DNA of 64,000 nucleotides from positions 1,273,762 through 1,337,761 of the forward strand of contig CAVRJK010000002.1 of the NCBI GenBank assembly GCA_963721645.1. The letters run 5' to 3'. Under the pieces are notes generated by a model, which saw only the letters and a list, made by a program, of their open reading frames with translations, ran no database searches and had not been told where the DNA came from. The position numbers and the translations under genes are program-made. Positions within the stretch are counted from its first letter, which is position 1. The number at the start of each line of letters is the position of its first letter. This stretch comes from an uncultured bacterium. Lineage in GTDB: Bacteria > Actinomycetota > Thermoleophilia > Solirubrobacterales > 70-9. Below are positions 1 to 10,070 of this stretch, one piece after another.

Positions 1-240
1 GAGGTCCAGGTGAGCCACGAGCACGTCGTCCGGAGTCCGGTACCTGCGGCCAATCGTGAACGTCGGAGAGACGATCGGCTCTTCGATGCCCAATGCGCGG
101 CACGCCCCGCGCACGAGCGTGGTCTTGCCGGCGCCGAGTTCGCCCGAGATGACGGCCAGATCGCCCGGCCGCAAACGCTTGGCAAGCTCGGCCCCCGCCC
201 GCTCCGTCTCGGCGGCGCTGGTGCTGGACGCCGCGCTCAC
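1..240 (-). CDS. tsaE: tRNA threonylcarbamoyladenosine biosynthesis ATPase TsaE (YjeE), N-terminal 80 aa; the gene runs off the left edge
   Basis: Own minus-strand translation from GTG at 240: [67 protein letters not shown]... It has the P-loop GxxGAGKTT and the SPTF motif typical of TsaE. The start overlaps the upstream stop (GTGA). Confidence 0.75.
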   Translation of the reverse strand, partial: MSAASSTSAAETERAGAELAKRLRPGDLAVISGELGAGKTTLVRGACRALGIEEPIVSPTFTIGRRYRTPDDVLVAHLDL

Positions 241-884
241 CCGAACAGGTCGAGCTGATCGGCGGGGTCGGAATCGGCTTTCGCCCCGCCTGGCTGCGGG
301 AGTGCTTCCTCGATAAGCGCGGGAAGCTTCGCGAAGTCCTCGCGCAGGGTGTCCTTCATCGCAGGCGTGCGCAGCGCCGCGGCCGGGTGGAGGAGGGGAA
401 ACAGATAAACGGTGCGTCCACCGAGCTCGTGGACCTGCGGAGTCCCGCGCACGCGGGTGATACCCGTCGGATTCCCGCTGAGGAGCTTCGTCGCGAAGTT
501 GCCGAGGCTTGCGATGACGGTGGGCTGGATGAGCGCGATCTGCTTCCACAGGTACGGCTGGCATGCCTCGATCTCGCTTGGCATCGGGTCCCGGTTGCCC
601 GGCGGGCGCGACTTGAGCACGTTCGCGATGAAGACGTCCTCGCGGCTGAGGCCGATCCCGCCGAGCAGCTCAGATAGAAGCTGGCCTGCCCGGCCGACGA
701 ACGGCAGCCCCTGGCGGTCCTCCTCCGCTCCCGGTGCCTCGCCTACGAACATCAGGTCGGCGTTGGCGTTCCCGGCCCCGAAGACCGTCTTGGTCCGCGT
801 CTCAGCGAGCGGACAGAGCGCGCACTCGGAGACCTCGCGATAGAGCTCAACGAGCCCCTTGCGCCGTGCCTCCGGATCGCTCAC
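237..884 (-). CDS. Uracil-DNA glycosylase, family 4
   Basis: ORF 237..1088 contains CALCPL...[35 protein letters not shown]...[14 protein letters not shown]...HPAA. I chose the start at in-frame GTG 884, which overlaps the fmdB-like stop (GTGA). The upstream part of the ORF overlaps the neighbouring gene. Confidence 0.8.
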   Translation of the reverse strand: MSDPEARRKGLVELYREVSECALCPLAETRTKTVFGAGNANADLMFVGEAPGAEEDRQGLPFVGRAGQLLSELLGGIGLSREDVFIANVLKSRPPGNRDPMPSEIEACQPYLWKQIALIQPTVIASLGNFATKLLSGNPTGITRVRGTPQVHELGGRTVYLFPLLHPAAALRTPAMKDTLREDFAKLPALIEEALPQPGGAKADSDPADQLDLFG

Positions 885-1168
885 GAGCCACCTGGCTTGG
901 CGCCCCCGCCCTTCTTTGCCTCGCGCTGCTTCTGCCTCGTCTCCTTGAACCGAGCCTTGGTCTCGGAGTGGAGCTTTGCGTTGCGAACCTCCTGTTGCCT
1001 TGCGGCTCCCACCGTCTTGACGAGCTTCCAGGGAGCGCCCGGAACGGACAGCACGCGATGGGTATCGGGCGATGCGCACAGACGGCATTCCGTCGATTCA
1101 GTGCCCGCTGCGACGAGATCCTCGAAGCGCTCTCCGCAGGCGTCGCAGTCGAACTCGTACATCGGCAT
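881..1168 (-). CDS. FmdB-family putative regulatory zinc-ribbon protein
   Basis: MPMYEFDCDACGERFE...CRLC, a CxxC...CxxC zinc ribbon with the typical MPxYE(F/Y) start. ATG at 1168 lies inside ORF 881..1246. Confidence 0.8.
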   Translation of the reverse strand: MPMYEFDCDACGERFEDLVAAGTESTECRLCASPDTHRVLSVPGAPWKLVKTVGAARQQEVRNAKLHSETKARFKETRQKQREAKKGGGAKPGGS

Positions 1169-1272
1169 AACGGGGAAACTACACTTGAGGGGTGCCGCGA
1201 CCTCTCGGAGGCGTGGACACAGACCAGGATCAGCACCCGCGTCCACCCCACACCAGCCGTCTGGATTCTCCG

Positions 1273-2058
1273 ATGCGAGAACTGGAACGAGACCACATCG
1301 AAGCCACCAACACTTCCGAGCCCGCCGCGGGTCTCCTCGCGATCGTTGGCGCAGGGCGCGCCGGCGGTTCGATTGCGGCTGCCGCTCGCAATCAAGGCAT
1401 CGGGGTCAGCGTCGGCTCGCGCGACTTCGACGTCGCAGGCGCCGACATCGTCCTCCTCTGCGTCCCGGACGCAGCCATCGCCGAGGTCTCGGAGGCCGTC
1501 GCGCCCTCGCTCGGCCCGGGCGCGTTTGCCGGTCACGTGAGCGGAGCCACCGGCCTCGACGCGCTCAGCGCCGCAGCGGACCGCTGCGCGGGGACCTTTT
1601 CGCTCCACCCGCTTCAGACCATCCCCACATCAGAGTCGGACCTCGCCGGCGCACCGTGCGCAGTCGCGGCGTCGAATCCTCGAGCGTTGGAGACAGCGCG
1701 CACCCTGGCCGGGCAGCTCGGGATGCACCCGTTCGAAGTGCCCGAGGCCGGTCGAGCCGCGTACCACGCGGCTGCGTCCATGGCCTCGAACTTTCTCATC
1801 GCTCTTGAGGAATCTGCGGCGCAGCTCATGGAGGCCGCAGGCGTCGAGGACGCGCGCGAGATCCTGGCTCCCCTCGTCCTGCGCACGGCCGCCAACTGGG
1901 CGGATTCCGGGGGCGCCGCGTTGACCGGGCCGATCGCCCGTGGCGACGAGGACACCGTGGCGCGCCATCTCGAAGCGCTCGCAGAGAAGGCTCCCGAGCT
2001 TCGCCCCCTTTACGAGGCGCTCGCCGACCGAACCCGCGCGCTGGGGGCCGGGGAATGA
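1273..2058 (+). CDS. Rossmann-like / DUF2520-type oxidoreductase; candidate ketopantoate reductase by context
   Basis: LAIVGAGRAGGS dinucleotide-binding motif. C-terminal half has GPIARGD...H, as in DUF2520 proteins. The stop overlaps the panC start (ATGA). Start taken at ATG 1273 inside ORF 1192..2058. Confidence 0.65.
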   Translation: MRELERDHIEATNTSEPAAGLLAIVGAGRAGGSIAAAARNQGIGVSVGSRDFDVAGADIVLLCVPDAAIAEVSEAVAPSLGPGAFAGHVSGATGLDALSAAADRCAGTFSLHPLQTIPTSESDLAGAPCAVAASNPRALETARTLAGQLGMHPFEVPEAGRAAYHAAASMASNFLIALEESAAQLMEAAGVEDAREILAPLVLRTAANWADSGGAALTGPIARGDEDTVARHLEALAEKAPELRPLYEALADRTRALGAGE

Positions 2059-2975
2059 CAGCGCTTCAGGTAATCCGCTCCGTCGCCGACCTTCGCTCAG
2101 CCCTGACACCGGAACGACGGCAGGGAAAGGGGATCGGACTCGTCCCGACGATGGGCGCGCTCCACGCCGGTCACCTGAGCCTGATCGAAGCCGCCGGCCG
2201 CCGTGCGGACGTGGTCGTGATGAGCCTCTTCGTCAATCCGACCCAGTTCGGTGAGGGCGAGGACCTCGGGGCCTACCCCCGCGACGAGGAGCGCGACCTC
2301 GAGTTGGCAGCGGGGGCCGGCGCCAATATCGTCTTCGCGCCTCCGGCCGACGAGGTCTACCCCACGGGCTTCGCGACCCACGTCGAGGTCGAGGGCCTGA
2401 CCGACGTCCTATGCGGAGATCCGTCCCGTCGGGGCGCGACTCACTTCCGCGGCGTCACGACGGTTGTCGCAAAGCTCCTGAACATGGCCGCGCCCGACTC
2501 GGTCTTCTTCGGCCAAAAGGACGCCCAGCAGGCGATCGTGATCCAGCGAATGGTCCGCGACCTGGACTTTGCCACCGACGTCGTCGTCGTGCCCACGGTG
2601 CGTGAAACGGACGGGTTGGCCCTGAGCTCTCGCAACGCCTATCTCAGCGATGACGACCGCATTCGCGCAACTGCCCTCAGCCGCGCCCTCAACGCGGCGG
2701 CGGAGACGCGTGGCGAGAGTGTCGAGCGCGCGCTCGGCGCAGCGAGCGCCGTGCTCTCGGAAGCCGAGATCGAGCCCGAGTACCTGGAGGCTCGCTACGC
2801 GGACGATCTCGAGGTCGCACAAAGCTTCAACGGACGTCCGGTACTCGTCGCCGTCGCCGCGCGGGTCGGCAAGGCCCGCCTCATCGACAACGTGGTCATC
2901 GACCCCGATCGAGACACCGTGGATACCAGTCAGCTTCGCGACGAAGTCGCTCATCAAACAACCGCCGAGATATAA
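2055..2975 (+). CDS. panC: Pantoate--beta-alanine ligase
   Basis: LVPTMGALHAGHLSL, SLFVNPTQFG, FFGQKDAQQ and ALSSRN motifs. Confidence 0.95.
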   Translation: MTALQVIRSVADLRSALTPERRQGKGIGLVPTMGALHAGHLSLIEAAGRRADVVVMSLFVNPTQFGEGEDLGAYPRDEERDLELAAGAGANIVFAPPADEVYPTGFATHVEVEGLTDVLCGDPSRRGATHFRGVTTVVAKLLNMAAPDSVFFGQKDAQQAIVIQRMVRDLDFATDVVVVPTVRETDGLALSSRNAYLSDDDRIRATALSRALNAAAETRGESVERALGAASAVLSEAEIEPEYLEARYADDLEVAQSFNGRPVLVAVAARVGKARLIDNVVIDPDRDTVDTSQLRDEVAHQTTAEI

Positions 2976-2996
2976 CGAGCACAAGGAGAACCACCG

Positions 2997-3404
2997 ATGC
3001 AACGCCAGATGCTCAAGTCAAAGATCCACCGCGCGACCGTGACGGGATGCGACGTCGATTACGTCGGCTCGATCACGATCGACCCGGAGCTGATGCAGGC
3101 CGCCGACTTGATCCCGAACGAGCAGGTGCACGTCTGGGACGTGACCAACGCATCTCGATTCGTCACGTACGTCATCGAGGGCGAGCCCGGTAAGCGTGAG
3201 ATGCAGGTGAACGGGGCGGCTGCCCACCTGACACAGGAGGGCCACACGATCATCGTCGCTTCATTTGGCGCCTACGACGAGGCCGATCTCGAGAGCTACT
3301 CGCCGATTGCCGTCCACGTCGACGGACACAACGAGATCGCCCGGATCGACTCCCACCCCGAGGTCCTGTTGGACTCACCGCTCGCCAGCGAGGCGTCACT
3401 GTGA
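2997..3404 (+). CDS. panD: Aspartate 1-decarboxylase
   Basis: MLKSKIHRATVT...DYVGSITID, including the Gly-Ser self-processing site, and NGAAA. Confidence 0.95.
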   Translation: MQRQMLKSKIHRATVTGCDVDYVGSITIDPELMQAADLIPNEQVHVWDVTNASRFVTYVIEGEPGKREMQVNGAAAHLTQEGHTIIVASFGAYDEADLESYSPIAVHVDGHNEIARIDSHPEVLLDSPLASEASL

Positions 3405-4345
3405 GCACGCGACCACCCGAAGACGCCGGGCAGCGGGCCGACCGCAAGAAGGTGACCCTGCCCCGGCTCAGCGAGATGAGGGCGGCGGGCGACCCGATCG
3501 TGATGGTCACCGCCTACGACCATCCGTCGGCACAGGTCGTCGAAGAGGCGGGCGTCGACGTGGTTCTGGTCGGCGACTCGGCCGCGATGACCGTGCTCGG
3601 CTACGACTCCACCGTTCCGGTGGGAATGGACGAGATGTTGATGCTCGCCGGCGCCGTACGGCGCGGCCTCGAGACACCGCTTCTGGTCGGCGACATGCCC
3701 TTCGGCTCGTACGAGCGATCGGACGAGCAGGCCGTCGAGAACGCGCTCCGCTTTATAAAAGAGGCAGGCTGTGACGCCGTGAAGCTGGAGCGGGGCGGCT
3801 CGTCCGTTGACCGCGCGAAGGCGATCGTCAGGGCGGGGATCCCCGTGATGGGCCACGTCGGCCTCACCCCGCAGACGGCAACCCAACTCGGCGGCTACAA
3901 GGCGCAGGGCAAGACGGCTGAGCGTGCGGCGCAGATCGCCGACGAGGCACTGGCGCTTCAGGAGGCCGGTTGCTTTGCGATCGTCTTCGAAGCCGTGCCC
4001 GCTGCGTTCACCGAGGCTCTGATGGGCCGCATGGAGATCCCGGTCATCGGAATCGGCGCCGGCCACGACACCGACGGGCAGGTGCTGGTCTTCCACGACC
4101 TTCTCGGCATCTTCGGCGGGCACGCTGCGAAGTTCGTGAAGCGCTATGCGGACATACGCCAGAAGATGGTGTCGGGCGTCACCCAGTACGCAACGGAGGT
4201 GCGCTCGGGCGCATTCCCGGGCCCCGAGCACATTTACGCGATCGAGCCTTCGGAGCTCTCTGAGTTCCGCGCTTACCTGGGTAAGCAGCGGGACTCGAGC
4301 GAAACCGGAACCTTCAGCCACTCCGACTGGGATTGGGGTCCTTAG
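3401..4345 (+). CDS. panB: 3-methyl-2-oxobutanoate hydroxymethyltransferase
   Basis: MVTAYD...VLVGDSAAMTVLGYDST...VGDMPFGSYE...VKLEGG-like...GHVGLTPQ. The start overlaps the panD stop. Confidence 0.95.
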   Translation: MSTRPPEDAGQRADRKKVTLPRLSEMRAAGDPIVMVTAYDHPSAQVVEEAGVDVVLVGDSAAMTVLGYDSTVPVGMDEMLMLAGAVRRGLETPLLVGDMPFGSYERSDEQAVENALRFIKEAGCDAVKLERGGSSVDRAKAIVRAGIPVMGHVGLTPQTATQLGGYKAQGKTAERAAQIADEALALQEAGCFAIVFEAVPAAFTEALMGRMEIPVIGIGAGHDTDGQVLVFHDLLGIFGGHAAKFVKRYADIRQKMVSGVTQYATEVRSGAFPGPEHIYAIEPSELSEFRAYLGKQRDSSETGTFSHSDWDWGP

Positions 4346-4503
4346 CGGCCTATTTGCAGGGCCTTTGCGGGTAACCGCGGGGTGTTCGCGGGGTAAATGC
4401 CTGTGCTGTCCCGCATTGTGTCGGGACCGACGATGAAGCACTCGGCGAAACCCACCGTTGTCTCGCACAGAGCGCTCATCAGATGAAAGGCGAGGTATCG
4501 CTG

Positions 4504-4740
4504 ATGGAAACCCTCAAGAGATTCGAGCCGTTTGCTCTTCTCGTCATGTTCCTTGGTGCCCTCAACTGGGGCGTCCTGGGAGTCACCGACGGTGAGACCA
4601 ACGTCCTCGCCGAGATCTTCGGCACAGGGACGCTGACCGACATCGTCTACGTCGTGATCGGCATCGCCGGGCTCGTCATGCTCCCGAGAGTGATGGAAGC
4701 CTTCCACCTCTCCGGCGGCGCCCACCCGCACGGCGCCTGA
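4504..4740 (+). CDS. DUF378-like small membrane protein
   Basis: METLKRFEPFALLVMFLGALNWGVLG...IVYVVIGIAGLVML, two TM segments with an LNWG motif. ATG 4504 is preceded by aggcgagg. Confidence 0.65.
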   Translation: METLKRFEPFALLVMFLGALNWGVLGVTDGETNVLAEIFGTGTLTDIVYVVIGIAGLVMLPRVMEAFHLSGGAHPHGA

Positions 4741-4763
4741 CGACACGCAGGTTCACTCAGCAC

Positions 4764-4801
4764 CGGCGAGCCGGGCCTTCGGGTCCGGCTCGCCGTGTTT
4801 A
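4764..4801 (+). terminator. Rho-independent terminator candidate
   Basis: CGGCGAGCCGGGCC-UUCG-GGUCCGGCUCGCCG, a roughly 14-bp stem with a UUCG tetraloop, followed by UGUUUAA. It lies between convergent genes. Confidence 0.6.
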
Positions 4802-4810
4802 AGGGCCCGG

Positions 4811-5365
4811 CTAGGGCCCGACGGGAACGTTCGAGCGGAGCGAGTCGAGCCTCCAGGCGTCGTCGTCCAGAACCAGTTCAGCGCGAAGCTTCTGGCCGGC
4901 GTAGATCCCGCCCTTGGGACGAGCCAGCGCTTGGGCGACCGAATCCGGGAGGACCACGACCTGCGTCACGCCCGCGTCACTCGCGGGCTTCGCGTTCTTC
5001 TGAGCGGCAACGCAACCGGCCGCGTCGCCGTAGGAGCGGCGGAGGAAGCGCTCGGTCACGGAGTCTCCGCAGGCCACGGCGGGATCGTTCCCTGACAGCA
5101 CGGCCTCCAAGGTCGCCACGATCGCGTTCTCGTCGTCGGCGGGTCCGCCGCCGGATGTCTTGGCCTCGGGTGTCTCACCGGGATCGGTTGCCGAGGTTTC
5201 ACTCGTGCTTGTGCTTGCGCCCGTCTGAGCCGGCGCCGTCGTTTGCTCGGGCGCGTCGTCGCCACCGCATGCGGAAAGCGCGGGAGCGACCGCGACGACC
5301 GCCGCAAGAGCTGCAAGGCGCCCCCACAGGCGACCGCGAATAACCGTGAGATCCGCCTGGCACAT
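4811..5365 (-). CDS. Putative lipoprotein, unknown function
   Basis: Signal peptide with lipobox ALSAC, then a Thr/Ser/Pro/Gly-rich linker. No recognisable catalytic motif. Confidence 0.55.
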   Translation of the reverse strand: MCQADLTVIRGRLWGRLAALAAVVAVAPALSACGGDDAPEQTTAPAQTGASTSTSETSATDPGETPEAKTSGGGPADDENAIVATLEAVLSGNDPAVACGDSVTERFLRRSYGDAAGCVAAQKNAKPASDAGVTQVVVLPDSVAQALARPKGGIYAGQKLRAELVLDDDAWRLDSLRSNVPVGP

Positions 5366-5410
5366 CCAGACCGGACCTTAGCGAACTGTTAGGACCACGT
5401 GAGCAACGCA

Positions 5411-5540
5411 TGAGGGTCTGGCCCCGGGTCTGACCCCTTTTCGCCTCGCGCGCGGGCCAATCGCCAGCCCTGGCGCCAAATCGCCCCGCGCCGGGGTCTG
5501 GCCCGGGGTCTGGCCCCTTTGGCCCGGGGTCTGGCCCCTC
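5411..5540. repeat. Degenerate cluster of GGGGTCTG(G/A)CCCC repeat units (type-2 variant of the palindromic element family)
   Basis: tgagggtctggccccgggtctgacccc at 5411-5437. ggggtctggcccggggtctggcccctttggcccggggtctggcccctc at 5493-5540. Confidence 0.8.
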
Positions 5541-5560
5541 GGGTGGATCCTTCGGGTGGG

Positions 5561-6166
5561 TCAGTCGGGTGATTGGGCGCTGTTGAATTCGATCTCGCGG
5601 ATGATCTTTGCGGGCGCGCCCGCTGCGATGGTGCCGGCGGGGATGTCCTGAAGGACGACCGAATTGGCACCGACCACGGCCCTGTCGCCGATCTCGACGC
5701 CGCCCGTGACTACGCAGTTGACGCCGAACCAGCAGCTCGAGCCGATCCTGATCGGCCCCCGGGGCTTGAACCCCTGCCATGTGATCGGCACATCCGGATC
5801 GTCGTAGCGGTGCTCGCCGTCACCGACGAAGCAGCCGTTCGCGAACATCGTGTGGTCGCCGATCTCGATCGACTCGACGGAGGCGAGCATGACGTTGCGG
5901 TTCACAAAACACCCCTGGCCGATCCTGAGCTCGGCCTCCGGGCCCAGGGTCACCCAGCAGCCGGGTTCGAACAGCGTGCCCTCCCCCACGCTCGCTCGGC
6001 CCTCGTCCAGTGCGTCGAGCAGCTCGCCCTCGTGGGGCCGGCGGACGAAAAATCCGCCTCGCGCCGCGTGCGCATCGAGACGTCGTCGGCGATCGCGCGA
6101 CGAATTCCGCTCGTACCACGCGCGCTTCTGGTGCCACAGCTTCCATTGGTCGGGGGTCGGTCTCAA
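5561..6166 (-). CDS. Hexapeptide-repeat (LbH) acyl/acetyltransferase
   Basis: IGQGCFVNRNVML...IEIGDHTMFANGCFVGDGEH...IRIGSSCWFGVNCVVTGGVEIGDRAVVGANSVV. The start is uncertain. I chose TTG 6166 because the ATG at 6316 would overlap the divergent gene. Confidence 0.7.
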   Translation of the reverse strand: MRPTPDQWKLWHQKRAWYERNSSRDRRRRLDAHAARGGFFVRRPHEGELLDALDEGRASVGEGTLFEPGCWVTLGPEAELRIGQGCFVNRNVMLASVESIEIGDHTMFANGCFVGDGEHRYDDPDVPITWQGFKPRGPIRIGSSCWFGVNCVVTGGVEIGDRAVVGANSVVLQDIPAGTIAAGAPAKIIREIEFNSAQSPD

Positions 6167-6314
6167 GATCGTTAAGCCTCTCAGACGGGAGTGATCCAAG
6201 TCGCGCTCGGCAGCGCTATGGATCCCACTAGGTGGCCTAGGCGCCGGGAGGGTGGCCTTTGGTTGCAACAAGGCGAGACAGTGCTTCGCATTGCGAGGCA
6301 CAGGAGGCAAACGC

Positions 6315-7124
6315 ATGTCTAAGAACCCAAAGACGAATCCGCTCGAGCTGGCCTATAAGGCCGTCGACAGCGAGTACTCAGGCGACAGCGCGCATACCCG
6401 GCGCCAGCTCGTTGGCGCCGCAGCTCTCGGGCTCGGCGGCCTGGCAGCAGCATCGGTACCCGGCGTGGCTCTTGCCGCTTCGAAGAAGCGCGGCGGTCCC
6501 AACGATCCCCAGACGATCCTGAATATCGCGGCGACCGCCGAGGTCCTGGCGACAATCGTCAACACCGTCGGTCCCGAAGAGGTGAAGCTCGACAAGGTCA
6601 CCAAGCGCAACGTAAAGGCGGCCGCGTACGAGGAGCTCATTCACTTCAACGTCCTCGACAGCCTGGGCGGAGTCCCGGCATCGAAGATGATCTGGGTCCC
6701 GAACGCCGTTTTCAAGAACAAGAAGAGCCTGCTCGAGACCCTCGAGGTCGGCGACCAGATCTTCATCAACGCCTACATGATCGCGACCACTGTGTTCGGC
6801 GATGCCGGCGACGGCACCACCGCTCGCTACACGGCCGAGTTCATGGGTGTTGAGGCAGTCCACCGCGCGCTTGCCCGCCAGTCATTGGGCAAGCTCGGCA
6901 ACGACCGCGCGTTCATGAAGTACGACGATGCCGAGCAGGCGCCCGGCGCCCCCAATAAGGGCACGGTCGGCTTCACGGACATCAACGTCGCTGCGCAGCA
7001 GCTCCAAAACGCCGGCTTCGGCTTCGGCGAGAAGGGCGCGACTCCTGGCAAGTTCTACGACTTCGACCAGGTGAAGAACCGTACGCCGCAGCCGCGCGGG
7101 GTCAACCAGATCACCGTCGACTGA
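6315..7124 (+). CDS. Twin-arginine-signal protein with ferritin-like domain (tentative)
   Basis: Strong RBS caggaggcaaacgcATG. TRRQLVGAAALGLGGLAAAS Tat motif. Helical EVLATIVN...YEELIHFN...EFMGVEAVHRALARQ resembles Ferritin_2-type proteins. Confidence 0.55.
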   Translation: MSKNPKTNPLELAYKAVDSEYSGDSAHTRRQLVGAAALGLGGLAAASVPGVALAASKKRGGPNDPQTILNIAATAEVLATIVNTVGPEEVKLDKVTKRNVKAAAYEELIHFNVLDSLGGVPASKMIWVPNAVFKNKKSLLETLEVGDQIFINAYMIATTVFGDAGDGTTARYTAEFMGVEAVHRALARQSLGKLGNDRAFMKYDDAEQAPGAPNKGTVGFTDINVAAQQLQNAGFGFGEKGATPGKFYDFDQVKNRTPQPRGVNQITVD

Positions 7125-7167
7125 CCAACGGCGGCAAAGCCTGGCGGAACATTCCCCCTGGTTCCGC

Positions 7168-10050
7168 TCAGGCCGCAACGGCCTCGCGCTTGCGGGAGCG
7201 CGAGGCCTTGCGGACCGTCGGTGCCTCCGGCTCCACCAGGTCGCTCAAGAAGCGGCCTGTGTGTGAGCCGGGGACGCCGGCAACTTGCTCGGGCGTGCCG
7301 GTCGCGATGATCTCGCCGCCCGCGTCGCCACCTTCGGGCCCCAGGTCGATCAAGCGGTCCGCCGACTTGATCACGTCCAGGTTGTGCTCGATCACGAGCA
7401 CGGTGTTGCCCTGATCGACCAGCCTGCTCAGAACTTCGAGCAGCCGCTCGACGTCGGCGAAGTGAAGGCCCGTGGTCGGCTCGTCAAGGATGTAGAGAGT
7501 GCGACCGGTCGCAATCTTCGAAAGCTCGGTGGCGAGCTTCACGCGCTGAGCCTCGCCCCCTGAAAGCGTCGTCGCGGGCTGTCCGAGGCGGATGTAGTCG
7601 AGCCCCACGTCGTGAAGCGTCTGCAGGCGCCGCTTCAACTTGGGAATCGCGTCGAAGAACTCGAGCGCCTCACCCACGGGCATGTCGAGCACGTCGGCGA
7701 TTGACTTCCCCTTGAAGCGCACCTCCAGCGTTTCGCGGTTGTAGCGGCGGCCGTGGCACTGCTCGCACGGCACGTAGACATCCGGGAGGAAGTGCATCTC
7801 GATCTTGATCTGCCCGTCTCCCCGGCAAACCTCGCAACGCCCTCCCTTGACGTTGAACGAGAAGCGACCGGGCTTGTATCCGCGTGCCCTGGACTCCTTC
7901 GACTTGGAGTAGATGTCGCGAATGACGTCGAACAGGCCGGTGTACGTAGCCGGGTTCGATCGCGGCGTCCGGCCGATCGGCGACTGGTCGATGTTGATGA
8001 TCTTGTCGATCTGGTCGATGCCTTCGACGCCGTCGTGGGCGCCTGGCCGCGACCGCGCCCTGTGAAGTCGGTTGGCGGCCGAGCGGTAGAGGATCTCGTT
8101 CACGAGCGTGGATTTGCCCGAACCCGAGACGCCCGTGACGCAGGTGAGCGTGCCGAGCGGGAACGAAACGTCGATCCCCTTCAGGTTGTGCTCGCGCGCG
8201 TTCTTTACCTTGAGCTCGCCAGAGGGACGACGCCGTTTCTCCGGCACCGGAATCGAGCGCTTGCCGGAGAGGTACTGCCCGGTCAGGGACTGAGCGACCT
8301 TCTTGACCTGCGCGGGCGTTCCCTCGGCGACGATTTCGCCACCATGCTCGCCCGCCCCCGGGCCCAGGTCCACCAGGTGGTCGGCCGCGTTCATGGTGCC
8401 CTCGTCGTGTTCGACCACCATCACGGTGTTGCCGATGTCGCGCAGGCGCTCGAGCGTGCCGATGAGCTTCTCGTTGTCGCGCTGGTGAAGACCGATGGAC
8501 GGCTCGTCGAGGATGTACATGACGCCCACGAGGCTGGAGCCGATCTGCGTCGCAAGACGAATGCGCTGCGCCTCCCCGCCTGAGAGCGTCGAGGCCGCAC
8601 GTTCGAGCGAGAGGTAGCCGATACCGACCGAGTCGAGGAAACGCAGGCGCTCCTGGACTTCACGCAAGATGAGATTTGCGATGGTCTGCTCGGTCTCGTT
8701 GAGCTCGAGTTTCGTGACCCACTCAAGAGCCGCCTTGGCCGACTGGCGCGTGAACGCCGAGATGTCGAGGTCGCCGACCGTGACGGCCAACGACTCGGGC
8801 CGCAGGCGAGCGCCATCGCAGGCCGGGCACGGCTGCATCGCCATGAGTTCCTCGACCCTGTCGCGCGTGTTGTCCGAGTCGGTGTTTTCGTAGCGCTTCT
8901 CGAGCGAGTCGAGCATGCCGGGAAACCGCACGTTGTACGTGCGCCGGCGACCGAAGCGGTTCTTGTAGGAAATCGTGTGCTTTTCGGATCCGGTCCCGTC
9001 GAGCAGGAGGTCGCGCTCGGACTGTTCGAGCTCGCGCCAGGGAGTCGAGGTATCGATCCCGGACGATTCGGCTACGGCCTCGAGCAATCGCCGGTGATAC
9101 ATCGACGCCGCCTTTGTCCACGGGTCCAGGGCGCCGGCCGAGATGGAGAGGGTCGGGTCGGGCACGATCAACTCCGGATCGATGACCCGCTGGAAGCCGA
9201 GCCCGTGGCACCGCTCGCAGGCACCGTGCGGAGAGTTGAACGAGAAGATCCTGGGCTCGATCTCCGGCATCGAGGCGCCGCAGTTCAGGCAGGCAAACCG
9301 CTCGGAGTAGACCTGCTCCTCACCCGTCTCCGGGTCCTGGATCGCGATCAGGCCGTCCGCGAGCTGCGCGGCCGCCTCGATCGACTCGGAGAGGCGCTTG
9401 CGTACGCCCTCCTTCATGACCAGGCGGTCGACGACGATCGAGATGTCGTGCTTGTACTTCTTGTCGAGCTCGATCTCCTCGTCGAGACGCCTGAGCTCGC
9501 CGTCGATCATGGCCCGCGCATAGCCCTGGGAGCGCATCTCGGCCAGCATCCGCCCGTACTCGCCCTTGCGTCCGCGCACGACCGGGGCCATCACCATGAA
9601 CCGTGTGCCGCTCTCCATCGCGAGCACCCGGTCGGTGATCTGCTCGAGGGACTGCCCTTGAATGGGCTCGCCGCACTTGTAACAGTGGGGCTTCCCGATC
9701 CGCGCCCACAGGAGCCGCAGGTAATCGTAGATCTCGGTGACGGTGCCGACGGTGGACCGGGGGTTCCGCGACGTCGTCTTCTGGTCGATCGAGATCGCAG
9801 GCGAAAGCCCCTCGATGGAGTCCACGTCCGGCTTCTCCATCAGGCCCAGGAACTGGCGCGCGTACGAGGAGAGCGACTCGACATAGCGGCGCTGACCCTC
9901 GGCGTAGAGAGTGTCGAACGCGAGGCTCGACTTACCCGAGCCGGAGAGGCCCGTGATGACGATCAGAGCGTCCCGCGGAAGCTCGAGATCGACACCCTTG
10001 AGGTTGTGCGCACGGGCCCCCGAGATGACGATTTTCTCCGACCGGGCCAT
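7168..10050 (-). CDS. uvrA: Excinuclease ABC subunit A
   Basis: 960 aa. Two ABC ATPase modules ([33 protein letters not shown] twice) and Zn-finger CxxC pairs. Confidence 0.98.
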   Translation of the reverse strand: MARSEKIVISGARAHNLKGVDLELPRDALIVITGLSGSGKSSLAFDTLYAEGQRRYVESLSSYARQFLGLMEKPDVDSIEGLSPAISIDQKTTSRNPRSTVGTVTEIYDYLRLLWARIGKPHCYKCGEPIQGQSLEQITDRVLAMESGTRFMVMAPVVRGRKGEYGRMLAEMRSQGYARAMIDGELRRLDEEIELDKKYKHDISIVVDRLVMKEGVRKRLSESIEAAAQLADGLIAIQDPETGEEQVYSERFACLNCGASMPEIEPRIFSFNSPHGACERCHGLGFQRVIDPELIVPDPTLSISAGALDPWTKAASMYHRRLLEAVAESSGIDTSTPWRELEQSERDLLLDGTGSEKHTISYKNRFGRRRTYNVRFPGMLDSLEKRYENTDSDNTRDRVEELMAMQPCPACDGARLRPESLAVTVGDLDISAFTRQSAKAALEWVTKLELNETEQTIANLILREVQERLRFLDSVGIGYLSLERAASTLSGGEAQRIRLATQIGSSLVGVMYILDEPSIGLHQRDNEKLIGTLERLRDIGNTVMVVEHDEGTMNAADHLVDLGPGAGEHGGEIVAEGTPAQVKKVAQSLTGQYLSGKRSIPVPEKRRRPSGELKVKNAREHNLKGIDVSFPLGTLTCVTGVSGSGKSTLVNEILYRSAANRLHRARSRPGAHDGVEGIDQIDKIINIDQSPIGRTPRSNPATYTGLFDVIRDIYSKSKESRARGYKPGRFSFNVKGGRCEVCRGDGQIKIEMHFLPDVYVPCEQCHGRRYNRETLEVRFKGKSIADVLDMPVGEALEFFDAIPKLKRRLQTLHDVGLDYIRLGQPATTLSGGEAQRVKLATELSKIATGRTLYILDEPTTGLHFADVERLLEVLSRLVDQGNTVLVIEHNLDVIKSADRLIDLGPEGGDAGGEIIATGTPEQVAGVPGSHTGRFLSDLVEPEAPTVRKASRSRKREAVAA

Positions 10051-10070
10051 GACTACTCAGTCTAGAGACA

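Noticed and set aside
5411-5540. Possible CRISPR array (also considered for 21553..21606)
   Set aside because: The repeat units are only 13-28 nt with essentially no unique spacers and an irregular period. There are no cas genes in the window. It fits a REP-like tandem cluster better.
7144-7167. Hairpin gcggaac-N10-gttccgc between the ferritin-like gene and uvrA as a terminator
   Set aside because: The stem is only 7 bp with a 10-nt loop and no U-tract on either strand. It also directly abuts the uvrA stop codon. This is too weak to call.
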